IMG/VR virus record: IMGVR_UViG_3300021197_000064
Span: 1 to 51,339 of that record
Strand: one strand, 5' to 3'
Source: a virus
Taxonomy: Duplodnaviria; Caudoviricetes
Length of the DNA stretch: 51,339 nucleotides
The notes below the pieces were generated by a model. The model ran no database searches, was not told where the DNA came from, and was given only the letters and a program-made list of their open reading frames with translations. The position numbers and the translations under genes are program-made. Positions 45,101 to 51,339 of the stretch are shown here, in pieces (position 1 is the stretch's first letter; each line of letters opens with the position of its first letter).

Positions 45101-45839
45101 CTACTTCTTGCTGCTTTAGGTCTTGTACAGCAGCAGCACCTGCTTCTACAGCTACACCGCCAGCAGCAATCTTGCCAGCCTTTGTACCTATCATACGTTT
45201 AGCTGATAGTTTAGCTGCTTCTTCTAATGCTAGTTTTTTGCCGCCCTCTTTTAGTGCTTTTGTTATTGCTCTAGTAGCAACAAAACCCGCAACTTTACCA
45301 GTACCAAAACCGATATAGTTAAGCGGGTCAAATATAAGTGACTTACCAAAGTCACGCATTGCAGATACAGCACCAGTACCACCATCTTCATAGAAGTCAG
45401 GCAGTCTGTCAAGCTGACTATACAAATAGCCAAACTTCATGCGGTCTTCTTCACTTGCTGTTCGCACCCAATCAAGCTGTGCGCCCATGTCAAGAGAGTT
45501 AAACTCAAACTCACGTGTATGTGTTAGAAATCTACGCAGATAGTCAGCGTTGCTTTCACCCTCTTCTTGATCTCCCTTTTTACCAAAGCGTTTTTTCTGA
45601 TACTCACGGAGCATTTCCATGTAGTCTGTATCAGAAGCCATGTCATCAAAAGATATAGCTTGATTTAGCTGCCTATCTTCTGGCTTATCAAACTCAATGT
45701 CTGGCTTGGGTGGAGCAAACTCTTCAGGTATAGGTTCAGCGTCTACTTCAAGTAGAGATGAAGGGTTGAAAGAACCTGTTGATTCTATCTTTGTATCCTC
45801 ATCTACAGGTTTAAGAAGAGTGGAGGGATCAAAAGCCAT
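42129..45839 (-). CDS. Large internal virion (ejection) protein
   Basis: 1236 aa helical protein, last of the internal-protein block (positional analogue of T7 gp16). Confidence 0.7.
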   Translation of the reverse strand: MAFDPSTLLKPVDEDTKIESTGSFNPSSLLEVDAEPIPEEFAPPKPDIEFDKPEDRQLNQAISFDDMASDTDYMEMLREYQKKRFGKKGDQEEGESNADYLRRFLTHTREFEFNSLDMGAQLDWVRTASEEDRMKFGYLYSQLDRLPDFYEDGGTGAVSAMRDFGKSLIFDPLNYIGFGTGKVAGFVATRAITKALKEGGKKLALEEAAKLSAKRMIGTKAGKIAAGGVAVEAGAAAVQDLKQQEVDMLSQRYGEDTPTERDFGRAALVGGIGLGAGALGVKLSGGLGGSKILRNVQDTFDKKQKIADGLVARNKDLAAQEAAQRSDSATLVPGSDLANGIIDLTQGRKVLDDLAEGASEDQARAYNSEVMKRVGGVLTDIVRDMAETGDLGKIANADTKAFEVMTKVLSDNLATAAQKGGKAGDAIEQTRKMLDDIEGGENLLDFLPEGTTNEELINSLEQAISKQGLSIEQFRNAFGASASEAAKILQSGSQTGKVLKAFFEIDPEFQQQLKVFDDPDGIVGPMGKAIEFGRKLDRERRALMVTQISTTMRNVYSAVTRLGMDGLAGTLESVIYQMGRQVDASLNGTTSLSPPKFSLREAVRDGFGALGKMADANETAEISDALLQHNPRLLANMNRSLNELAPDKELSKATRFLNGLNIGQDLFFRRAIFVDTIDKQLRRSGLIVDNPTKVGQFKSMEEFVASGKVLPPKVLENAVEESLAFTFARIPKESGGKPGDSLAYAFLKFNERLGPIPAPIGTAAFPFAKFMVNALQFQFQYSPASVVTGVSKSVFTRKAIQKASETARKAGELADEAAEQAKKAGDMNLSRKLRTEAKALAKEADKKATQAQQVANQARKELSSGMVGTAALYAAINHRASNQDTNWYEYKTDDGRTGDLRPYFPITPYLAIADLIVKAGVTEDVTLGTIEQPDISADVNLVETFEGVTGAQFRTGASSFVIDQFEDLVAGETDFLKSEKFAEVMGQYTATLFGGAVTPLRVVRDVQAAYDTEAAIVRDAKQTSGIGFGDRFSSGFAATIQKELPGLSKDLPEFQAATREDPLYRQSSLTSQLFGTPRKVAERSDGEKELVRLGIKDYAIVPGTGAKEADALVKKYMGIEFEKEVNKLVNTPEYKRLSLNQKKAKITNTIKQFRSRAKRLAVVEAENDASKFNKPFTAFDKAQYTKLSKLKRRLADDYYRQHPDYGGRSVMEMQELEPEVNHLRLAIRIANAEAKQ

Positions 45840-47383
45840 TAACCAAACCTTCTAGTTTCTGCTCCTTCAAGTATGTTAGGAGTTTTACTTGTTTCATTTT
45901 CTTGAGAAGGATTTAAGAAACTTTCTAATTCAGCTTCCTCCTTTATTCTTTGCTGTTCTATTTGCTCTATTCTACTTCTAATAGGAGTTAAAACTTCAAT
46001 GATTTTACTAGCCGCTACTCCTGCTTCTTGCATTTGTTTGGCTAATAAATCTATAGAGACATTAGGATTATTAGCAATAATATACTCAGCAAATCCAGAA
46101 GGATTAGAAATCACGTTTTCTGGTTTATCAAAACCTGAATCTTCTATAGCCATACCCACTATATCTTTAGCTATATCTCCAGATTCTAAATCTGAATCTT
46201 CTTCTGTAATTGTTTCTGCTTCTGTTTCTGTGCCATCTTCTTTACTCTTTGCAATGTCCTCTTGAACTTGTTTAACAACACCGCCAAGTTGATGACCTGT
46301 AATATATGCAGATGCATCTACACTAACAGCCTCGCCGTCTGCATCAAGCAGGTTATCTTTTACCCAGCCTACACGTCTTTGATTTACTACCTTGTTTCTG
46401 TAAGCTACAGCATCTTGACCTGTAAGCCTTTGCCCTGTCGGCTCACCGTCTGCACCAAGAGGATTCTCAACAATAGCAGCTTGACCCGGTTTACCTGCTA
46501 CGTAACCCATGTCTTCTTCTACACCTGTTCTCCAACTTTTAAATTGGCTAGTTAACTCTGTTAAAGTAGTGCCACCTGTAGTACCTGCCTCTGCTTCTCT
46601 AAATAGTTCTGTGCCTAGTAGAATACGAGAATTTTCATCCTGTATTCTTTCTTTTTCGGTATCATCTAAATCTGAATTAGAAAGTAATAGCAGATTGTAC
46701 TGGAATTTAGGTTCGCCTACTAGAGTTTCTGCAGCAACCTTTCTTGCATACTCTTCTGTTCCCACAAGACCTGATCTATCTAGCGTAGCTTTAGCAAAGT
46801 CGGTAACATCTTCATATGTACGTGCTTTGATAAGTGAGTTAACATCTTCTGATACTGCTGCACCTATATCTCCTGAACCCGGACTTATTAAATTTAGTAA
46901 ACCTGATCCTCTAAAGGCAGTTTGAGTTTGCACGTCAATAGGCTTAATTTCTTGATATAGAGATTGCCTACCTGCAGTAAGTTTAGCTTTACCTGTTGTT
47001 TCATCATAATATGAAGACAAATCTAAGCCATCTAAATTTAGTTTGTCTGTAATGTCATAAGCACCTAATTTATCACGAGTGTCAGTTACATCAGTTAAAT
47101 ACTTTTCTACACTATCTACTGTACCGCCAATAGCAGTATAAGCAGCTAGTGCTTTTGCTTCATCTCCATTAAATTCATTAATTAAAGTTGTTAATGCTTT
47201 ATCAACACGAGCATCATGCTCATCAGCAAGGTCCATCTTCTGTGCTTGCCGTGTTTCCCAAAACTGTCTGGCACGACTTACTTCTTTATCACGTCTATTC
47301 ATAGCACTTTTTAAAGACTGATCTACGCTTTCAGCTAAACCTTCAGCTAAACCTGTTCCAAATCCACCGCTAAACAATCCCAT
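45839..47383 (-). CDS. Internal virion protein
   Basis: MGLFSGGFGTGLAEGLA N-terminus, helical and acidic. Confidence 0.65.
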   Translation of the reverse strand: MGLFSGGFGTGLAEGLAESVDQSLKSAMNRRDKEVSRARQFWETRQAQKMDLADEHDARVDKALTTLINEFNGDEAKALAAYTAIGGTVDSVEKYLTDVTDTRDKLGAYDITDKLNLDGLDLSSYYDETTGKAKLTAGRQSLYQEIKPIDVQTQTAFRGSGLLNLISPGSGDIGAAVSEDVNSLIKARTYEDVTDFAKATLDRSGLVGTEEYARKVAAETLVGEPKFQYNLLLLSNSDLDDTEKERIQDENSRILLGTELFREAEAGTTGGTTLTELTSQFKSWRTGVEEDMGYVAGKPGQAAIVENPLGADGEPTGQRLTGQDAVAYRNKVVNQRRVGWVKDNLLDADGEAVSVDASAYITGHQLGGVVKQVQEDIAKSKEDGTETEAETITEEDSDLESGDIAKDIVGMAIEDSGFDKPENVISNPSGFAEYIIANNPNVSIDLLAKQMQEAGVAASKIIEVLTPIRSRIEQIEQQRIKEEAELESFLNPSQENETSKTPNILEGAETRRFG

Positions 47384-47898
47384 TATTTTCTCCGTGCCAT
47401 AAGACCTGATGAGTATTGGGCCTCTTTTTCACCCTCTTCTTCTGCTTCTTCTATTACTTCTTTAACATCAACCTCTTCTAAAGTCTTTGTATACTTTTTA
47501 GCTACCTTAGACAGCAAACTATTTCTAGTCTTACCTTTGTTTGGATTATCCAAGCCAGTTTGATATTTAACACCTGCCGTATCGCCAAGCATCATAATCA
47601 TTTCCATAAGCACGGGCATAATAAGAATGCCTACATCTACCGTATGCAGCCCCTGCATTACTCCTGACAACTGTATTGTATTAGCTAGTGCGCTTACAGG
47701 AACATCCATCTCTAGCACGTCTACAAGCTGAACCATAAAGTCTTCTTGAGCCATGCGAGACAGGTAATATTCCATTGCATCATCCACATTTGAATATTGT
47801 GGCGGTGACTGCCAAGGTCTTGCGCCTAACTCTGAAGTAAGAGACTCACCCGGAATAGGGCTGTCAAACATTGGTTCATTAGTTTCAAGCATCATCAT
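47383..47898 (-). CDS. Hypothetical virion-module protein
   Basis: FDSPIPGESLT.ELG.RPWQSPPQY; C-terminal GLMARRK. Confidence 0.7.
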   Translation of the reverse strand: MMMLETNEPMFDSPIPGESLTSELGARPWQSPPQYSNVDDAMEYYLSRMAQEDFMVQLVDVLEMDVPVSALANTIQLSGVMQGLHTVDVGILIMPVLMEMIMMLGDTAGVKYQTGLDNPNKGKTRNSLLSKVAKKYTKTLEEVDVKEVIEEAEEEGEKEAQYSSGLMARRK

Positions 47899-48118
47899 TA
47901 GACATGTTCCTATACTTACGAATTACTTCCATCTGCTTGGCAACCCTAAATACAGGGTTAGACTGATCCATATTTTTATTAGCCATGCCCATATCTTTAC
48001 GTACAAGTAGTCCACCTTCTTTAGATGGCGCACGTTCTTGTGGCAAGTTCTCAATATCCATTGCTTTATATAGAGCGATACCGGGATTGTAATTACGTGT
48101 AGAACCATACATAGACAT
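47885..48118 (-). CDS. Small hypothetical protein
   Basis: TAATG coupling at 48118. Confidence 0.55.
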   Translation of the reverse strand: MSMYGSTRNYNPGIALYKAMDIENLPQERAPSKEGGLLVRKDMGMANKNMDQSNPVFRVAKQMEVIRKYRNMSNDDA

Positions 48119-51036
48119 TATAAACCTCCAATCCAAGCACTACCAAGTGTGCCAATCAAACTACCAATAGCTTTACCTGAAGACGATGCTGCTTGTCTAG
48201 CTGATACAGCTTCCTGCGTCTTAGCATCTAACTCTGCAATAGCCAATGCACTAATACGATCAATCTCATTCTCTGCAGACTTCCATGCCCACTCCATAGT
48301 ATCGCCATAATACTGCCACAGATTATCATAAGCAGTCTTAGATATATCCAGTACGTTCTGTGCATTAATTTCGTTTACACGATTTATTGTAGCTGTATCT
48401 GCTGTAGCTAACTGCCTACGCCACTGTGCATTAGACTGTGCAATTACTAGCTGGTTCTGTGCGTTAAACTGGTCACGTTGATTATTCATCTCTGCATTAA
48501 ATCTTTCAACTGTGTTGGCTTGACCCGCATTAAACTGTGACTGTGCATTAGACTGTGTAGCATTAAACTGTGATGTCTGCAAACCTAAATTTGCAAAGAA
48601 CTGATCTACTTGATTTTGACTAGATGCGTTAAACTGTGATGCGGCATTAGCTGCAGCAGCATCAGTAAACAAAGACTGCACTCTTTGCTGTGCATTAAAT
48701 AGTTCTGTTTGTTGTGAATTAGACAAATTAGCCATGTCACGCTGCAGGAAGTTAGATGCATTTTGTACAGCACTCTGTTGTCTATTATTTAAGTTAGACA
48801 AATCCATTTGAGTTAGTGCTGATGCTTCTGCAATAACAAGAGCCTGTTTATTAGACAAGTTATTAAGGTTCATTGTGTTAGCAGCACGAGAGTTTTCTAG
48901 CTGTACTTGTTGCTCTGCCGTAAAGTTTTGATTGGCAATGTCACTAATCTTAGCAGCATTTTGTACCCGTGCTTGAAAGGCTTGGTCAAACTCTTGACCT
49001 ATAAACTGCGCCCGTTGTTGAGCAGACAACATAGCACGTTGTTGACGATTAGAAAGATTTTGTGTTTCAAACTGTGCGGTAACAGATGCGTCAGCTTGTG
49101 CAATAGGAATAGCAGACTCTAGTGCTGCTTGAACCATAGCCTGACCAGCGATAGAAGACGCACCAAGCCCCCTTGCAGCCATCTGTGCCTGTACCCCCCG
49201 CAAAGCACCTGCAGCCCATGCAGGAGGATTAGAAGCGTCAAAGTTAGCAGTTAGCTGTGCAAGCTGTCCTTGTACAGTAGCCTGTGTAGAGGGGGTAGCT
49301 GTGGCTGCTTGCACTTGTTCAGTAAAGCTAGACGCTACTTGTGCATTTGCTACACCTGATATTAATTCACCCGATTGAATATTGCGTTGTACAGGATTAT
49401 CTATAAGTGTAGCGTTACCTTGTGCAGCAGTAAGATTTCCTACGGAAGATGCTGTTTGTTGTGCAGCAGCTACTTGCGCCCGTACATCATCAGGTTGTAC
49501 TTGTGCAGCTTGTACAGTTTGTAATGCTGCATTTATTGCTGGTGCTGCTGTAGTAGCAGTCATTAAATTTGCTTGTGTTTCCTGCTGTGGAGAAACCATA
49601 GCTGTCTGTGCCATAGCTGTAGGAACCGCAACCGCACCTGTAAGTGCGCCAGTACCTTGCTGTACTTCTTGACCCGGACCTGTGGGTGTCATAGCAGCGG
49701 TAGTTACACCGCCCTGCGGTAGACCGGGTGCATACATACGCTGTGTAGTTACATCACCAATAGCTACGTTCTTTACATCACTTTGGGGTGTAGGTGCAGC
49801 AGGTGGTGTGTCTTGTTGTGCTGTAGAAGGGCCACGTGCAATTGCTGCATCAATAGCTGCTTGTTCAGCGGGTGACTTCATGTCCATTTGCCTTAGACGA
49901 CTTTGTGCTTGTTCAAAAGTCATGCCGCTGTAGTCTGGAGGTGGTGCCATTTCACCTGTTAGCAAGTTAACAAGAGGAAGACCGGGGCCAGCCATATTTC
50001 CACCTACCTGCAAACCACCACGTGGGTCATTCATAACAGGTGTAGCACCTCCCGGTTGTCCACCAGTAAGTGCTAGAGGTGGTGGTGTTTCTTTATACTT
50101 AGGATTAATTTCTGGTGTTACACCCGGAGGATATGCACCGGGTAAGTAATAGTCTAGTGGTTTATCAAAACTTCCAACAAATTCACCGCCGGGTGCTTGT
50201 GGACGTGGGTCAAAATATCCTTGCTTAACAGTTACACGTGAACCGTCAGGTTTATACGCATACTCACCGCCTGTTCTTGGCATAACTGCTGTGTATGCAT
50301 TAAAGGGTGTAGGTGTGTTTCTAAGTAAAGTTTCACCCTGTTGTGGTGTGTAAAACTCTGGACCTTCAGATAAAAATCCACCCGGCAAATTAGATATAGA
50401 TTGCTGTGCAGCTTGCATACCGCCTGTACCACCGGGTCCAACAGAACCAATTTGGCTGCCAAGAAAACCACGCTCAGAATAATCAGTTCTATCAATATTG
50501 TTACCAATTAAACCACCACTTGGGGGTTGACGTGGGTCAACGAGTTGCGGTGGAGGTTGTTGAGGCTGTGACGCTGCTTGTTTTTGCATATCTGCGTATT
50601 GTTTTTGTAAATTTGTTAGGTTAGCTGTAGCACTTCTGTAGGCTTGGTCAGCCGCAAGTACGTCAGGATGTTGATTAAATTTTCTAAACCTGCCACCTGC
50701 ATCGTAAAAACCTTGATAATTTGTTCCGCTTTTACTATCTGTCATTGAAGGGCCACCCGCAATATTAATGCTAGAACCCCTGTAGTTAATACTACGTGAA
50801 GCGTCTACTTGCTTTTGTGCCTCTTCAATTTGTTTTTGTAAGTCACCACCAGCTTGCAGTTTAACCACACCACCACGTGCCATCTGCATGGCAGCATTAG
50901 TAAACTGATTCATACGTGCTTTACGTGCAGGGTCTTGTTCAATGAAAGACTCAAACTCTCTCATGTCACCAGAGTAGCCCATAGACTGTGCAATCTTGTT
51001 CATCGCTTCTGGTTTAAATGCTCTAAAGACTGCCAT
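48118..51036 (-). CDS. Internal virion protein, Q/A/N-rich coiled coil with Pro/Gly-rich insertion
   Basis: NLSNRQQ and QFNA repeats, RGLGASSIAG, hydrophobic C-terminal helix. Confidence 0.7.
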   Translation of the reverse strand: MAVFRAFKPEAMNKIAQSMGYSGDMREFESFIEQDPARKARMNQFTNAAMQMARGGVVKLQAGGDLQKQIEEAQKQVDASRSINYRGSSINIAGGPSMTDSKSGTNYQGFYDAGGRFRKFNQHPDVLAADQAYRSATANLTNLQKQYADMQKQAASQPQQPPPQLVDPRQPPSGGLIGNNIDRTDYSERGFLGSQIGSVGPGGTGGMQAAQQSISNLPGGFLSEGPEFYTPQQGETLLRNTPTPFNAYTAVMPRTGGEYAYKPDGSRVTVKQGYFDPRPQAPGGEFVGSFDKPLDYYLPGAYPPGVTPEINPKYKETPPPLALTGGQPGGATPVMNDPRGGLQVGGNMAGPGLPLVNLLTGEMAPPPDYSGMTFEQAQSRLRQMDMKSPAEQAAIDAAIARGPSTAQQDTPPAAPTPQSDVKNVAIGDVTTQRMYAPGLPQGGVTTAAMTPTGPGQEVQQGTGALTGAVAVPTAMAQTAMVSPQQETQANLMTATTAAPAINAALQTVQAAQVQPDDVRAQVAAAQQTASSVGNLTAAQGNATLIDNPVQRNIQSGELISGVANAQVASSFTEQVQAATATPSTQATVQGQLAQLTANFDASNPPAWAAGALRGVQAQMAARGLGASSIAGQAMVQAALESAIPIAQADASVTAQFETQNLSNRQQRAMLSAQQRAQFIGQEFDQAFQARVQNAAKISDIANQNFTAEQQVQLENSRAANTMNLNNLSNKQALVIAEASALTQMDLSNLNNRQQSAVQNASNFLQRDMANLSNSQQTELFNAQQRVQSLFTDAAAANAASQFNASSQNQVDQFFANLGLQTSQFNATQSNAQSQFNAGQANTVERFNAEMNNQRDQFNAQNQLVIAQSNAQWRRQLATADTATINRVNEINAQNVLDISKTAYDNLWQYYGDTMEWAWKSAENEIDRISALAIAELDAKTQEAVSARQAASSSGKAIGSLIGTLGSAWIGGL

Positions 51037-51037
51037 A

Positions 51038-51238
51038 CTAACTCATTCCCATAAATACTGTAACCACCATTGCGACTACCATTATGGTGCTACCCATAAT
51101 CATGGCCTCTAGTCTCCACATACGCTTGTCAAGAGCCTCTAGCTTCTCCTGCACAGAGGCATACCTAATGGCGCACTCTTTCTCGTGTGCCTCAAGTTCC
51201 ATCTGTGTTTTCAGTACGGGTTCCATTGTCATTTTCAT
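51038..51238 (-). CDS. Small coiled-coil protein with C-terminal TM
   Basis: LEAHEKECAIRY...RMWRLEAMIMGSTIMVV. Confidence 0.7.
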   Translation of the reverse strand: MKMTMEPVLKTQMELEAHEKECAIRYASVQEKLEALDKRMWRLEAMIMGSTIMVVAMVVTVFMGMS

Positions 51239-51243
51239 CTTTG

Positions 51244-51339
51244 CTACCAGCCAGAGGGTGTGCCAGTGAGGATTGTTGGTGTCTTTTGTTCTGTAATAAC
51301 TGCATCAAGTTTTGTTTTTACTTGATCTTCTGTTTCGTT
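51244..51339 (-). CDS. 3' end of a probable tail-fibre-associated small protein (partial)
   Basis: ...VKTKLDAVITEQKTPTILTGTPSGW*; start lies outside the window. Confidence 0.45.
   Translation of the reverse strand, partial: NETEDQVKTKLDAVITEQKTPTILTGTPSGW

Noticed and set aside
42500-46925. Many long alternative-frame and plus-strand ORFs over the internal virion genes
   Set aside because: Shadows caused by codon bias of the minus-strand genes.
1-51339. tRNA/rRNA genes and a phage RNA polymerase
   Set aside because: None recognised by eye; tRNAscan-SE is needed to exclude tRNAs, and part of the genome lies outside the window.

Overview
The window is most of the genome (circularly permuted) of a marine podovirus of the HMO-2011 type (SAR116/Roseobacter-phage lineage). 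The call rests on a family A DNA polymerase with an inserted DnaJ-type CxxCxGxG zinc finger, a tyrosine integrase in the replication operon, a class II RNR, and no RNA polymerase in the window. Morphogenesis genes are on the minus strand: 1-21.9 kb (tail fibre, tail tube A/B, capsid, scaffold, portal, terminase, lysis, a block of very basic proteins) and 42.1-51.3 kb (internal virion proteins). Early and replication genes are on the plus strand (22.7-42.1 kb). The arms diverge from an ~800 bp non-coding region (probable genome ends) and converge on a bidirectional terminator at ~42.1 kb. Strongest leads: (i) a SET-domain lysine methyltransferase abutting a Lys/Met/Gly-repeat protein inside a cluster of histone-like basic proteins; (ii) a hydrophobic-x-x-G-G tag shared by several virion-arm proteins, plus a tape-measure-C-terminus-like GEFV module; (iii) six intergenic copies of the palindrome GTCCGA-CA-TCGGAC in the early region, two preceded by a covarying ~60 nt hairpin; (iv) small ArfA-like and RMF-like proteins. 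All family calls are by-eye motif recognition; no searches were run.
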